A stretch of 64,000 nucleotides of DNA, from assembly GCA_027006055.1 (NCBI GenBank), contig JALTKX010000088.1, forward strand, positions 2,172 to 66,171, read 5' to 3'. Origin of the DNA: Calditrichia bacterium (GTDB taxonomy: Bacteria > Calditrichota > Calditrichia > Calditrichales > J004). Below the pieces are notes generated by a model that was not told the DNA's origin, did no database searches, and saw only the letters and a list, made by a program, of their open reading frames with translations. Made by a program: the position numbers and the translations under genes. The number at the start of each line of letters is the position of its first letter. Positions within the stretch are counted from its first letter, which is position 1. Shown piece after piece: positions 8,671 through 19,961 of the stretch.

Positions 8671-9459
8671 TTACAATAAAAATTCATCAAAATATTTTTT
8701 TGCGTCTTCTAACCGCAACGCACCGGGATTTGTTTCCTCTAAATCATAATCATTAAGACGTTTAAGGATAATGGCGCCTAGTTGTCGGGCATCGACCGTT
8801 GCCTCACTTATGCTGTTCAGGGCAAGGGCGTTATCATGGAGCAGACGTTTCTGCTTTTCCCTTTCCCCGTCATTAAGCCTTAAAAAAGAAAGTATTTCCC
8901 GGTGCTCCTCCCCAATCATAAGCGAGCCGTGCTGCAGGATGGCCTGTTGATATATTTTTTGGGCCGAGCCCACCACTTTTTTCCCCTGATAGTGAATCTC
9001 GGACTTTGCCTTGCGGTTAAAGCAGGCAAACACATCGGCATTGCCCTTAAGATAGTTTCCCCGCGGGGAGGCCGTGCTCAGTTCAACGGGATATCCTGCT
9101 TCGTTTAATGCCGCCGCCAAATGAGCATGCAGCCATTCGTACATTTCATGATGGTCCATCGCCTGCTGGCGGGGCATGACGAAGCTGTATGTCAACTCCC
9201 GGGCATGTAAAATGGCGCTGCCCCCCGTGGGCCGGCGCACCAGATCAAAACCTTTTCGGTTTAAGGCGTCCCTGTCCACTTCGGCCGCGGATTGATGGCG
9301 TCCCAATGAGAGGCACCAGGGATTCCAGCCGTAAAAGCGTAAAACGGGCGCCTGCCACTCCACCGCCCTTTCAACAAGCAAGCGGTCGATGGCCATGTTT
9401 TCCAGGCCGGTGTATTTCTGATAGGGAATGACTTTAAGGAGATTAAAGGGCAGGCGCAT
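8671..9459 (-). CDS. lipoate-protein ligase / octanoyltransferase family protein (BPL/LPL catalytic domain)
   Basis: Motifs RRPTGGSAILH and GKKVVGSAQK (catalytic Lys) are typical of LplA/LipM-type enzymes. Confidence 0.8.
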   Translation of the reverse strand: MRLPFNLLKVIPYQKYTGLENMAIDRLLVERAVEWQAPVLRFYGWNPWCLSLGRHQSAAEVDRDALNRKGFDLVRRPTGGSAILHARELTYSFVMPRQQAMDHHEMYEWLHAHLAAALNEAGYPVELSTASPRGNYLKGNADVFACFNRKAKSEIHYQGKKVVGSAQKIYQQAILQHGSLMIGEEHREILSFLRLNDGEREKQKRLLHDNALALNSISEATVDARQLGAIILKRLNDYDLEETNPGALRLEDAKKYFDEFLL

Positions 9460-10229
9460 TATAATCGGATGATACCCCGTTCGCTGTGCTCCAGAAAGGA
9501 GGCGATATGCTCCGCTTCCCTGTTTTCGGCAAATTGGTCGCGAATTTCCGCGATGGCTTCCTTCACGGTCAGGGCGCGGCGATAGATAATGTTGTATATC
9601 TTTTTAATCATGTTGAGCTGTTCGGCGGTGTATCCCCGGCGTTTCAGCCCCACGGAATTCAACCCACCGAATTTTAACGGCTCTCCCATGGCCCGGATAT
9701 AGGGGGGTACATCCTTATTGATCCGCAGCCCTCCACCGATAAAGCTATAGGCGCCGATATGGGTAAATTGATGAACGGGCGTTAGCCCGCCGATGCCCAC
9801 ATAATCCTCGATGATTACATGCCCGGCCAGATTGACGGCATTGGACAAAATCACATGATCCCCCAGACGGCAGTCATGGGCCACATGGGTATAGGCCATT
9901 AACAAACAATGATTGCCTACCCGGGTCGTCAGGCTGTGGTTGGTGCCGCGGTTAAGGGTGGCAAATTCCCGGATGGTGGTGTGATCACCCACCTCCAGGT
10001 AGGTTTTTTCATTGCCGAATTTTAAGTCCTGCGGCACGGTACCCAGCGAAGCGCCTTTAAAAACGGTGCAGTTTTTGCCCAGGCGGGTACCGCAACCGAT
10101 GAGAACATGGGGCCCGATCCTGCACCCGTCACCAATGATGACGTCATCTTCGATCACCGTATACGGGCCAATCTCCACATCCCGGCCGATGGAAGCGCCG
10201 GAGTCGATGATTGCTGTCGGATGTATCAT
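9459..10229 (-). CDS. lpxA: acyl-ACP--UDP-N-acetylglucosamine O-acyltransferase
   Basis: N-terminal hexapeptide repeats (IHPTAIIDSGASIG...) and the LpxA C-terminal helical domain. It sits in an lpx cluster. Confidence 0.95.
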   Translation of the reverse strand: MIHPTAIIDSGASIGRDVEIGPYTVIEDDVIIGDGCRIGPHVLIGCGTRLGKNCTVFKGASLGTVPQDLKFGNEKTYLEVGDHTTIREFATLNRGTNHSLTTRVGNHCLLMAYTHVAHDCRLGDHVILSNAVNLAGHVIIEDYVGIGGLTPVHQFTHIGAYSFIGGGLRINKDVPPYIRAMGEPLKFGGLNSVGLKRRGYTAEQLNMIKKIYNIIYRRALTVKEAIAEIRDQFAENREAEHIASFLEHSERGIIRL

Positions 10230-11638
10230 TATTTATCCACCACGATGGCCATCATTTCCGCCTCGCAGACAAGCTGCCCCTTCACATAAGCTTTTCCGGC
10301 CATTTTAAAAGTATTGCGCCGCGCCTTTAACATAACCAGCTCCATCACCAGTTGATCGCCGGGCAAAACCGTTTTACGGAATTTGGCGTTATCGATGCCC
10401 ATAAAGAAAACCAGCTTCTTGCCCACTTCCGTTTCGTTGTTTAATAAAAGGATACCCCCCACCTGGGCCATGGCCTCAATTTGCAACACGCCGGGCATAA
10501 CCGGTCTTCCCGGAAAATGGCCCGGGAAAAAAGGCTCGTTGGCCGTAACGTTTTTAATGCCCACGGCGCGTTCACCCGGTTCCAGCTCCACAATGGAGTC
10601 AACCAGTAAAAAGGGGTATCTGTGGGGCAATATTTTCTGGATGGCGTTGATATCAAAAATGACGTCTTTTTTGTCCACATCCTGAAATTTACGCGTAAGC
10701 TGTTGTTTTTTATACAGGTTGCGTAATATGCGCGCAAATTCGATATTACTTTTGTGTCCCGGACGGGCGGCAAGAATCTGGGCCTTTATGCTCACGCCGG
10801 TCAGGGCCAGATCGCCCATCAAATCCAGCAACTTGTGGCGGCAGGGTTCGTTTTTAAAACGAAAGCGCTTATCGTTCAACACGCCGGTCTTGCCCAGGGT
10901 TATATCCTCGGATATATTCAGCGCCCCGCGGAGTTTTTTAATATCGGCGTCACTCAGTTCGCGGTCTACAATAACCACGGCCGCGTCCAGATCGCCGCCT
11001 TTGATCAATCCCTGTTCAATCAGCCCCTCCACTTCATGTAAAAAACAAAAGGTACGGGCCGGGGCAAATTCCTTAACAAACTCCTTGCGCATGTTAAAAA
11101 GTCCCGTATGCTGGCTGCCCAAAGCCGGATTCTGATAATCGATCATCACCGTCACACGGTAGTCGTCGGTGGGCAGGGCCACCAGTTCGATGCCCTTCTC
11201 TTCCACCACATAATCAATGGTTTCGTTCACCACCAGATATTCGCGCTCCGCTTCCTGCTCTTCAATGCCCGCTTCCAGCAGCAATTTAACAAAAGGTTCG
11301 GCGGAACCATCGCCGATGGGCGGTTCATTGGCATTTAGCTCAATGCGCACGTTGTCAATTTCCAACCCCACCAGGGCGGCCAGCACATGCTCCACGGTAT
11401 GCACTTCCACGCCGTCCACCTGAATGGTGGTGCCCCGTAAACTGTCCACATTGTCATTCTGCACCACATTTTCCACCAGGGCTTCAATCTCCGGGGAGTT
11501 TTCCACGTCCGTGCGTACGAAACGGCGCCCATAGTTTTCCGGAGCGGGCTTAAAGGTAATGGTCGTTTTATTTCCCGTGTGCAGGCCCCTTCCCTCGAAG
11601 GAAACCGCTTTCTGTATCGTCTGTTGTTTATCTGCCAT
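10229..11638 (-). CDS. lpxC/fabZ: bifunctional UDP-3-O-acyl-GlcNAc deacetylase / 3-hydroxyacyl-ACP dehydratase
   Basis: N-terminal LpxC ([24 protein letters not shown]) is fused to C-terminal FabZ ([27 protein letters not shown]). Confidence 0.95.
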   Translation of the reverse strand: MADKQQTIQKAVSFEGRGLHTGNKTTITFKPAPENYGRRFVRTDVENSPEIEALVENVVQNDNVDSLRGTTIQVDGVEVHTVEHVLAALVGLEIDNVRIELNANEPPIGDGSAEPFVKLLLEAGIEEQEAEREYLVVNETIDYVVEEKGIELVALPTDDYRVTVMIDYQNPALGSQHTGLFNMRKEFVKEFAPARTFCFLHEVEGLIEQGLIKGGDLDAAVVIVDRELSDADIKKLRGALNISEDITLGKTGVLNDKRFRFKNEPCRHKLLDLMGDLALTGVSIKAQILAARPGHKSNIEFARILRNLYKKQQLTRKFQDVDKKDVIFDINAIQKILPHRYPFLLVDSIVELEPGERAVGIKNVTANEPFFPGHFPGRPVMPGVLQIEAMAQVGGILLLNNETEVGKKLVFFMGIDNAKFRKTVLPGDQLVMELVMLKARRNTFKMAGKAYVKGQLVCEAEMMAIVVDK

Positions 11639-12674
11639 GAAGCTTCTCTATTTTTTCCCGTAGTTCAATAATTTCATTTTCCAGGCTGTTTATTTTTTTC
11701 AGAGTGTCCGGGAGATTTCTTAGGCTTATATCTATCCGTTTTTTCTGCATCATGGGAACGGCGGGCATGCCCAGAACAACCTCGTTGGCCTTGATGGGCT
11801 TTGTAACACCCGACTTGGCGCCAATCACCGTATTGTCCCCCACGGTGATATGGCCGATAATGCCCACCTGTCCGGCCACGGTCACATGACGCCCCACGCT
11901 GGTGCTTCCGGCAATTCCGCTTTGCGCGGCCATAACCGTATGCGCGCCGACAACACAGTTGTGGGCTATCTGCACAAGGTTGTCCAGCTTTACCCCTTCT
12001 TCGATGATGGTAGAGCCCATGGTGGCCCGGTCGATGGTTACATTGGCTCCAATCTCCACATCATCCCCGATCAGCACATTGCCGAGTTGAGGAATTTTTA
12101 TATACTTGCCATCCTTCGGGGCAAAGCCAAACCCGTCGCTGCCCACAACGCTGCCGTTATGGATAATCACCCGCTTACCGATTTGGCAATTTTCACGTAT
12201 GGAAACATTGGAATAGAGGACGGTGTCGTCCCCCAGGATTACGTTGTCGGCCAAAACCACCCCCGGGTGTAACACACATCTATTGCCAATACGGCAATTT
12301 TCACCCACATACACAAAGGGAGCAATGGAACATTCATCGCCTACCCTGGCGCTGGCGGCAATATGCGCCTTTTCGGAAATCCCCATAAAGCTGTGCGTTT
12401 TAGCGGGAGCAAAGGCTTTTAAGACAAATAAAAACCCCACATAGGCGTCTTTAACGCGTATATGAGGTATTTTTAAATCTTCATAATCCCGGTCTACAAT
12501 CAGGGCGGCGGCCTTTGTTGTACTCAAATAGTGTACATACTTTTTGCTTGAGATAAAGCTAATCTCATCCGCCCCGGCCTCTTCTATTTTCGCCGGTCCG
12601 CTTATGGCAATATCGCCGGCGCCGTGCAGTTCTCCGTTTATCAGTTGCGCAATTTCACTTAAGGTCATGCGCAT
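11628..12674 (-). CDS. lpxD: UDP-3-O-acylglucosamine N-acyltransferase
   Basis: LpxD N-terminal domain followed by a long hexapeptide left-handed beta-helix. It sits in the lpx cluster. Confidence 0.95.
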   Translation of the reverse strand: MRMTLSEIAQLINGELHGAGDIAISGPAKIEEAGADEISFISSKKYVHYLSTTKAAALIVDRDYEDLKIPHIRVKDAYVGFLFVLKAFAPAKTHSFMGISEKAHIAASARVGDECSIAPFVYVGENCRIGNRCVLHPGVVLADNVILGDDTVLYSNVSIRENCQIGKRVIIHNGSVVGSDGFGFAPKDGKYIKIPQLGNVLIGDDVEIGANVTIDRATMGSTIIEEGVKLDNLVQIAHNCVVGAHTVMAAQSGIAGSTSVGRHVTVAGQVGIIGHITVGDNTVIGAKSGVTKPIKANEVVLGMPAVPMMQKKRIDISLRNLPDTLKKINSLENEIIELREKIEKLHGR

Positions 12675-12678
12675 CTTC

Positions 12679-13203
12679 TTACTTCTTGCTCTTTCCGGAG
12701 TTTAACTCATCCAGCACTTTTTGAGTGATATCCATGCCGGGGTTGGCATATAAAATTCCGGCGGAACCGTCAAAAATCATATCATAGCCTTCTTCTTCGC
12801 CCACTTTCTTTATGGCGGCGTTGATTTTGTCTATAACCGGTTGAAGCAGTTCAGCCTGTTTTTTATACAACTCTCCCTGAGGCCCCAGCTTCTCATATTT
12901 AAAGCGCTCCACTTCCATGGCTTTTTGCTGGGCAAGCTTCATCTTTTCCTGCTTCTTTTCCGGGCTCAGCAACAGGCTTTGCGATTCAATTTCGTTAGCC
13001 AGCGCCTGATATTCCTTAACCATCTTCTCATAGTTTACCTGGGTCTGATTTTGCAGCTCCTTGAACTTATTCTGAGCGTCAACCGACTCCTGATATTCCA
13101 TGGAAATTTTTTGTGAATTCACATAAGCAAATTTCTGGGCAAAAATACCCGAAAACATGAACAATGTGATAATGCTGATGAGTGAAAGTTTTGATAATTT
13201 CAC
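12679..13203 (-). CDS. skp: OmpH/Skp periplasmic chaperone
   Basis: Signal peptide, a coiled-coil-rich Q/K/E sequence of about 170 aa, and the canonical position between bamA and lpxD. Confidence 0.85.
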   Translation of the reverse strand: MKLSKLSLISIITLFMFSGIFAQKFAYVNSQKISMEYQESVDAQNKFKELQNQTQVNYEKMVKEYQALANEIESQSLLLSPEKKQEKMKLAQQKAMEVERFKYEKLGPQGELYKKQAELLQPVIDKINAAIKKVGEEEGYDMIFDGSAGILYANPGMDITQKVLDELNSGKSKK

Positions 13204-13255
13204 TTAGGCCTCCTTATAATCATTAAATATTTAGCTTACGAATTTAGGTAAATTA

Positions 13256-15601
13256 TTAGAACCTTCCAAATTGAAAGTGGACTTTCCAGTCGCCGCTGCG
13301 TTTTCCGGTGGCGTCGTAATAGTCAAAGCCGTAGCCGAAATCGATACCGATAATGCCCACCAACGGCATGAACAGACGCACGCCCGCGCCCACAGAGCGC
13401 CGCAACTCAAAGGGGTTGGTTTGGCTGACGTCTTCCCAGGCGTTGCCCCCCTCGGCAAAGAACAGGCCGAAAATGGTCGGATTGGGCGCGATGGGGAAGC
13501 GCAGTTCCAGCGTTGTTTTAATCATGGACTTGCCGCCTATGGGCCGCCCGGCCGAGGTTAACGGCCCCACCTGTCCGTCATCATAGCCACGCAAACCTTC
13601 GGCAAAGCCCAGGCCGCTGCCGCCCATATAGAAATACTCACCAAAAAGAATAAAGGAATCTTTTTTCAATTGATTAAGAATACCGAATTTATTCGAGGAG
13701 TAAAGCACCAGCTTAAACGGCAGGGGGATAAACCACTCTGAGGAGAATTGGGTTTTAAAAAAATGCTGATCGCCGCCCAGAGGTCCCCCGGAAAGCTGAA
13801 GACTCAGGGAGTGGGTGGAACCGCTGGTGGGAAACTCCGCGCTGTTACGGCTGTCCCGGGAAATAATTTGCGTAAGGCTGAACTGGCTGGTATTGCCCGC
13901 CGTGCCCAGTTCTTCATAGCGTCTTTGCAACTCGGCGTCACGTATGTTGGTAATGGAGGTTTGCGCCGCGCGGATGACCCAGTCGCCGCGAAAATAGTTA
14001 TCCGGCCAGTAAAAGCGGCGTCCCACGCGGATGGTTCCGCCCAGATCGCGGCGATCCCAGGGATAAAAGCCGCCGCCCGAACGGGTGTTAAACAGGGAAA
14101 AACCGCCCAGGGTGGGCGTGTCAAACATCCAGGGTTCGGTAAAGCTTACCGATATGGAGCGGTAAATCCGGCCGAATTGCCAGTCGAACACCAGACGCTG
14201 TCCGTCCCCCCCCTGCGTGGGATGGGCCAGGGAAAAGTTATTGAAGGTTAAACCGATGCTGCCGATCAAACCGTCGCGTTGACTGTAACCCGCGGACATA
14301 TTGGCCGTATCCGTGGACTTTTCCTCCACCTCCACGCTCAGGTTTACATGTTTGGAATCATTGGGGATCAGCTTTACATCGGGACGGATATTCTGGGTAA
14401 AATAGTTAAGAACCATCAGATCGCGAATGGAGCGTTCCAGCTTGGCGTTATTAAACACATCGCCGGGATGGATTTTAAACTCGCGCCGTATCACCTTTTC
14501 GCTGGTTTTGGTGTTGCCGGTGATGATGATGGACTTTATGCGTACAACGGTGCCCTCGCTGATGTTGAAGGTTACATTCAGGGTGTCGTTATGAACCGGC
14601 ACCTCCTGCGGGACGATATTGGCAAAGAGATAGCCCTGGTTGTAATACATGTTTCTAAGCCGGTCGCGGATACCCTCGTCGTATTTTTTCTGATCGTAGA
14701 CGTCGCCCTTTTGAATATCCAGCGAGGCGGCCAGCTCTTCGTCGGTAAAGATTTCATTGCCCTTAAAGGCAATATCGCCAAAATAGTATTTGTTGCCCTC
14801 ATAGACCCAAATATCGATAAACAGGCTGCGTTTATCCTCGCTGTAGTAGAGGGAATCACGGACAATATCAGCGTCGCGGAAACCATGTTCCTTGTAATAC
14901 TGGATGACCAGATTCTTATCTTCCTCATACTTTTTGGCGTTAAAATCCGCCGAGCGCCACCAGCGATCCTCCTGGGTATCTTCCATGGCGTCGCGCAGAT
15001 CATCGCTTTCTATGTTTTTGTTACCGTGAAAAGTGATTTTTTCAATCTGTACCTCAAACCCTTCATCCACATTCACAACAAGGTTCACCCGTCCCTTGGC
15101 GGCCTTAACCGTATCGATGTCCACCTTGGCAAGCAAGTAGCCCTCTTCCTTATATTTTTTGATGACGCGTTCCTTCATCTTGGAAATTTTATAGGGTGAG
15201 ATAACCATGCCCCGGTAGGTTTGCAGGGCTTCCCGGATGTCATCTTCCGACAGTTCCTCGATGCCCTTTATGATCAGCGAACGCATGCGGGGGTATTCCT
15301 TAACGCGTATCAACAGGTCTATGCCGTTAACGGACTGATTGACGATATATATCTGTATATCTTCAAATATGTTCAGCCCCCAGAGGTTTTTAATCGCTTT
15401 TTGGATGTCGTCACCCGTAATGCTTTCGCCAATGGTTAAACCGGAGTTGAGCCGGATGGTGCTGGCGTCCGCGCTTTTATTGCCTTCCACCGTGATGGTA
15501 TTTATGATGACATTAGGGCTTTGTGCTTTAGCCTGAGCGGAAAATATCAAAACAATAAACAATATCAACAGAGCGAATATCTTTCGCACTTTTTCCTCCA
15601 T
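13256..15601 (-). CDS. bamA: outer membrane protein assembly factor BamA
   Basis: Signal peptide, five POTRA-like repeats, and an Omp85 barrel ending ...KVHFQFGRF. Confidence 0.95.
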   Translation of the reverse strand: MEEKVRKIFALLILFIVLIFSAQAKAQSPNVIINTITVEGNKSADASTIRLNSGLTIGESITGDDIQKAIKNLWGLNIFEDIQIYIVNQSVNGIDLLIRVKEYPRMRSLIIKGIEELSEDDIREALQTYRGMVISPYKISKMKERVIKKYKEEGYLLAKVDIDTVKAAKGRVNLVVNVDEGFEVQIEKITFHGNKNIESDDLRDAMEDTQEDRWWRSADFNAKKYEEDKNLVIQYYKEHGFRDADIVRDSLYYSEDKRSLFIDIWVYEGNKYYFGDIAFKGNEIFTDEELAASLDIQKGDVYDQKKYDEGIRDRLRNMYYNQGYLFANIVPQEVPVHNDTLNVTFNISEGTVVRIKSIIITGNTKTSEKVIRREFKIHPGDVFNNAKLERSIRDLMVLNYFTQNIRPDVKLIPNDSKHVNLSVEVEEKSTDTANMSAGYSQRDGLIGSIGLTFNNFSLAHPTQGGDGQRLVFDWQFGRIYRSISVSFTEPWMFDTPTLGGFSLFNTRSGGGFYPWDRRDLGGTIRVGRRFYWPDNYFRGDWVIRAAQTSITNIRDAELQRRYEELGTAGNTSQFSLTQIISRDSRNSAEFPTSGSTHSLSLQLSGGPLGGDQHFFKTQFSSEWFIPLPFKLVLYSSNKFGILNQLKKDSFILFGEYFYMGGSGLGFAEGLRGYDDGQVGPLTSAGRPIGGKSMIKTTLELRFPIAPNPTIFGLFFAEGGNAWEDVSQTNPFELRRSVGAGVRLFMPLVGIIGIDFGYGFDYYDATGKRSGDWKVHFQFGRF

Positions 15602-15609
15602 AATCAGTA

Positions 15610-18600
15610 TTAGAATGTAAATGAATGCCTGAAACGAATCTTAAAATCTTCAAGATATTGCCGTTGGTTGGCAAAATTGTAGTAACTCATAAGTTCTCTG
15701 TCCCATTCGAACTCGATCAGCATGTTTCTGAAAAAGCGGTATTCCAATCCAATCGAATGGTTAAAATCAAATCCTGTTTCCGTGTTGTCATAAACGGAGA
15801 CCAGTTGCCCCGTATACGACAGATATAAGTTTTCCGACAAATATTTCCCCAGCGTCACTTCCGAACTCGACATCAGGTAGAGATAGGACGTTCCGGAATA
15901 GAGCGGGTTTATGATGGAATTTTTATTTCCCCCGACCTGCCTGCCCACGCTGGAATAAAATAAATTCCGGGCAATATTGGAATTAAATCGCACTAAATCA
16001 ATACCTAAATTATTTTCCAGAGCTTTTTCCAGGGGACGCAACAAAGGCCGTATCAGATAGCGCTCGGTAATGGCGCCGCCAACGGTCGTGGCCTTTTGAC
16101 GGATATTTTCAGCTGAATAACCCAGGTAAGCCATAACTTGTTCCTGGGTTTCTCCGATTGTGGGGTCCGCGGAAACAAGTTTAAACTTAAAATCCTCCCA
16201 ATTACCCTGACTGCGTTCGTTGCCGGTTTGCGGATCGACGGCGTAAAGCTGAAGATAAATGGTTTTGGGAATGGCCCCCACGCTGTCGCGTATTGTGGTC
16301 CAGGCACGTCCGCCCACCACGGGCATGCGCTCATTACGGTTGAAGCTTATGTTAAAGCGATCGACCTTAAAGTTCAGGTCAAGATACTCCAGCCGTCCTC
16401 TGCTGGAGACAAGACTTCCCTGTGGCCTGAATGTACCCTTTTTTATGATACCGGTAAAGTCCAGACCGGGACTTCCTTCATCCACGGTTAATTCCGCGCG
16501 CACATTGTCTATATAAGCGGGTATGTCGCGGCGATAGCGCACGTCTTTTCCGGCGCGTACCAAAATATCCCATTCCATGTTGGCTAAAAATTCCAGAACG
16601 GGGTTGTTCTTGCGCGTTTTACCATGTTCTCCGGCGATAAAGGGAAAGGTAACCTTGGAGTTATTGACAATCACCTCCCCGAAAACGGTGGGGTACTTAA
16701 TGGGACCGGCAAAATAAAAATAGGGCTGGTCGCCGCGCCCCCGCAGGAAAATATTGCCGGTTTCATTTTCGTACATCAGCCCCGGCAGATGGATATCCAC
16801 CCCTTCCCCGGATGTTTCCAGGGCTAAAATACCAAAATCCAGCCCCAGTCCCTTAAAATTCCAGTGCTTCAGTTTCCGGCCATCGACCACGGGCAGATGA
16901 CGCACGGTGTGAATTTTAAGATAGTTTTCGTCCACATAGGCGGTAAAGTGCTTTATATCCACCTTGCCGCTGCCCTCTTTTAGCACGATATGGGTGGAGA
17001 TATCCTTGACATGGCCGGCCACATCGGCCAGCCACAGCTCTCCGCGATCAATGGTCACATCGGCGGCCACCAGCTTTATATCGTTGCGCCTGCCGCGGAA
17101 CTTCAGGTTGATATCGGAAAAGGAGGCGCCGTCACGGAAGAAGGGTACCCAACGGTTAAGATAGTGGAAAATATCGCCGTCAAATTTTATGGCGACATCC
17201 ATATCCCTGCTGTCGCTCAGAGGCAGGGTGCCCACACCGTAAAGATGGTAGCGGCCGCTTTTGATCAGGCTGAAGTCCTCTACTTCTAGAATATGGGAGC
17301 GAAGATTGAAGAAAGTGCCGGCGGAATCGAGCCGGTCGTCTACCTTAAGCGTTAAACGGTCAAAAGCAATATCCTTAAGCATGCCCTTGCTAATATTGAT
17401 CCCGGCCTGCATAAAGGGTTTTTGCCGCGTTCCCTTAAGGGAAAAGTTATAGGCCCCCTGCCCCGTCAGTATTCCGTCCTCAAGACCCAGGGCCCGGAAA
17501 ATGGTATTAATGTCCACATTGTCACCGCCGGCGTAGGCGGATATCTGATCGTTAAGGAAGTGCCAGGTTCCCCTGCCCGTCAGAATGGTGCGGTTATTCT
17601 GGTAGATGTTCAAGGTATCCAGCGCCATTCTGGTGCGGTTTGCGGAGAATTTAATTTCCGGCTTAAAATAGCCCTGGTCGTTAAAAACAAAACGGTCGCC
17701 GCTCAGATAGCCTTCCAGTCTGGGCGCGCGTACGGTTCCGTCAAGCACTATTTTTCCATCCAGATAGGCCTGGGTTTTGTAATCATCGCCCAGTTTTTGC
17801 CGGGCCAGCTTAAACACCTGAAAATGATCCAAAAGGATTTTGCCGGACAGGCGGGAGGAGTGTTCAAGATCGACAAAGAACTCGCCGGTGAGAGCCTGAT
17901 CAAAATTAAAATAACTGCCCAAAAAGGTTTCAGACATATCCACATTGTAGTCGCCTTCCAGCCCTCCCACGCTAATGCGCCCGCTTACAGCCTGTTTTTC
18001 ACCCGTAAGATTCCGGATGCGCGTGGTGGCGCTAAACAGGGTATCCTGGCCGTTTTTATTACGGAAGAGTATGGCGCCGTGCAGATCGTTGATGGTTCCC
18101 GATAGCCGCGCGGAAGAATGCACCTTTTCCCGCAGTGAACGCATCAATGGGTCGCTGGTCATCCTTTGAAAGGGAAAATCCGCAATATTAAGATAACGGA
18201 TTCGGGGGCGGGTAAGATAGTCATCGACCAACGCGCTGAAGCGAAAAGACTTATCCGAACTGTATTGCGTGGATATATTTAGCCGGCCTCCCCGACCCCG
18301 GATGTCGCCAAAGGTGCTCCACAGGGTATCCGTGCGTAACAGGGCGTATCGCCAGCGGCCGCGGGTGGCGCCGGTTTTAAAGTTCACGTCCAGGTTAAGC
18401 CCCATTTGATGTTCGGCATTGGACAGCTTATCAAAGACCAGGTGCTGTTGCGACCTGTTTTGGGCCTCCAGCCTTAAATGCAGGGAGTGACCAGGGATGT
18501 TATAGGTTCCGCGGCCCTTAAAGGTACCCAGAATACTTTTAAGGCTAAAGGAGGCCAGACGCAGCCTGTCCGGCTCATATGTCCAGTTTACCTGCAAACC

Positions 18601-19740
18601 CGAGAACCGGCTTCCGGAAAAAACAAAGGCGGGGGCAGAAATAGCGCCGGAGACGGTCAGTTCGCCATCAAAGTGATAGCGTGCCGAAAGGGCTACCGTT
18701 CCGCTATCCCAGGGCAGGCTGGTAAAGGATGGATGTGCCCTTACGCGAAAACGCTTATTATAAACCCGACCCGTAACGACGGGATGAAAAATATTGCCGA
18801 TCTCCGTGGAAAAGTTTAAGGGCATGTTAAGAAAGCTCAGGCGTCCGTCATCTAAACTCAGCCTGTTGTCACTAATGGTTACCGTAGCGCCAAGGCTGTC
18901 GAAGCGTGTTCCGGAATAGGCGCCGGCAATACGGCCCAGTATCAGATGACCGTTGACGCGTATGGAGTCCAGCGACGCAAAGCGGCCGTCCACATCCAGT
19001 TCACCATCCACCAGACCATGATTCAGGGAAAGCCCCCTGGCAAATTCCCTGGAAAAACGCGCCACAACATTATTGCCGACCACATAGTTGTTTATGGAAA
19101 TCCCGGCCTTAAACCGTGCCGCGCTTAAATTATAAGCGGCCCTCAAAACAAAATTTTTATCCTGTGAGGATAAAACGCCGCCGCTTAGGGTAATGAGGCT
19201 GTCTTTCACGCTAAGAGCGCCATCCAGATTCTGGGCTATGGAAAAATAGCTGCCGTCACTCCCGGCAAGGATTACCTTACCGGAATGCACCAGAATATCC
19301 GGCGCCTGTCTTAACAGGTATTCCACTTTTTCCACGGGGAGAGGCTGCTCCGCGGTGGGGACGGCATCCGCTCCGGGCCGGCGGTAGTGGAGTATAAGCC
19401 GGGGCTTGTCGATATGTATCCTGGAAACAAGGCTGTTAAGCCCTTCCCTGTGCCGGAAGAGATTTATCAGGTCAAGATTGATTTCAATGGCGTCAATCAG
19501 CAGCTCCAGGGAACCATCCTCGGAAACATAACTGATCTGATCGATGGAAATGCCGTTTATGCCAATGGTGAAATCATCCAGTTCCAAAATAGCGTTTTCC
19601 TCATCGGGAAACACTTTTTCCAATAGACGCTTTTTCAGGGGAATATCCAGGCCAGTTATCTTTAAAAGAAAAGGCGTGGCCGAGATGAAAATTCCCAGAA
19701 AACTGAGGGTTATGGCTATGATGACTAAAATGCGTTTCAT
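15610..19740 (-). CDS. tamB: translocation/assembly module protein TamB (AsmA-like, DUF490 C-terminus)
   Basis: 1376 aa with an N-terminal anchor helix, a long beta-rich body, and a C-terminal TamB-type domain (...LSYTGQLVS...IGLEYRF...). The stop is 9 nt upstream of bamA. Confidence 0.8.
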   Translation of the reverse strand: MKRILVIIAITLSFLGIFISATPFLLKITGLDIPLKKRLLEKVFPDEENAILELDDFTIGINGISIDQISYVSEDGSLELLIDAIEINLDLINLFRHREGLNSLVSRIHIDKPRLILHYRRPGADAVPTAEQPLPVEKVEYLLRQAPDILVHSGKVILAGSDGSYFSIAQNLDGALSVKDSLITLSGGVLSSQDKNFVLRAAYNLSAARFKAGISINNYVVGNNVVARFSREFARGLSLNHGLVDGELDVDGRFASLDSIRVNGHLILGRIAGAYSGTRFDSLGATVTISDNRLSLDDGRLSFLNMPLNFSTEIGNIFHPVVTGRVYNKRFRVRAHPSFTSLPWDSGTVALSARYHFDGELTVSGAISAPAFVFSGSRFSGLQVNWTYEPDRLRLASFSLKSILGTFKGRGTYNIPGHSLHLRLEAQNRSQQHLVFDKLSNAEHQMGLNLDVNFKTGATRGRWRYALLRTDTLWSTFGDIRGRGGRLNISTQYSSDKSFRFSALVDDYLTRPRIRYLNIADFPFQRMTSDPLMRSLREKVHSSARLSGTINDLHGAILFRNKNGQDTLFSATTRIRNLTGEKQAVSGRISVGGLEGDYNVDMSETFLGSYFNFDQALTGEFFVDLEHSSRLSGKILLDHFQVFKLARQKLGDDYKTQAYLDGKIVLDGTVRAPRLEGYLSGDRFVFNDQGYFKPEIKFSANRTRMALDTLNIYQNNRTILTGRGTWHFLNDQISAYAGGDNVDINTIFRALGLEDGILTGQGAYNFSLKGTRQKPFMQAGINISKGMLKDIAFDRLTLKVDDRLDSAGTFFNLRSHILEVEDFSLIKSGRYHLYGVGTLPLSDSRDMDVAIKFDGDIFHYLNRWVPFFRDGASFSDINLKFRGRRNDIKLVAADVTIDRGELWLADVAGHVKDISTHIVLKEGSGKVDIKHFTAYVDENYLKIHTVRHLPVVDGRKLKHWNFKGLGLDFGILALETSGEGVDIHLPGLMYENETGNIFLRGRGDQPYFYFAGPIKYPTVFGEVIVNNSKVTFPFIAGEHGKTRKNNPVLEFLANMEWDILVRAGKDVRYRRDIPAYIDNVRAELTVDEGSPGLDFTGIIKKGTFRPQGSLVSSRGRLEYLDLNFKVDRFNISFNRNERMPVVGGRAWTTIRDSVGAIPKTIYLQLYAVDPQTGNERSQGNWEDFKFKLVSADPTIGETQEQVMAYLGYSAENIRQKATTVGGAITERYLIRPLLRPLEKALENNLGIDLVRFNSNIARNLFYSSVGRQVGGNKNSIINPLYSGTSYLYLMSSSEVTLGKYLSENLYLSYTGQLVSVYDNTETGFDFNHSIGLEYRFFRNMLIEFEWDRELMSYYNFANQRQYLEDFKIRFRHSFTF

Positions 19741-19924
19741 GCGGTATCACATCTGATAAATACTAAATGCCCGGCGTGAACAAATTGTTTTAACCGGACA
19801 ATTTCCTTTTACGGAGGCGCTATCGGCCTGTTCCGTGATCAAGCCTAAAAATTTAAGAAAAACAGGAACTTATATCCAGAAGTACGGAGAATTAATCGAA
19901 ACAGGCTCTTTGTGGGACGATATA

Positions 19925-19961
19925 CAAAAAACGACAAGAACGCATGGGCTTTTTCCCACGC
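19925..19961 (-). terminator. possible intrinsic terminator after the Fe-S oxidoreductase / small redox gene unit
   Basis: Minus strand reads GCGUGGG-AAAAAG-CCCAUGC followed by the U-rich GUUCUUGUCGUUUUUUGU. Confidence 0.4.

Noticed and set aside
14279-15199. Very long antisense ORFs opposite well-identified genes: 306 aa opposite bamA here, 290 aa at 48386..49258 opposite gatB, 352 aa at 62111..63169 opposite the TonB receptor, 253 aa at 54948..55709, and 227 aa at 17422..18105
   Set aside because: Each lies fully inside a confidently identified minus-strand gene. Their translations are low-complexity or Gly/Arg/His-rich with no motifs. Such stop-free antisense frames are a normal by-product of codon bias. 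I saw no evidence for overlapping genes.
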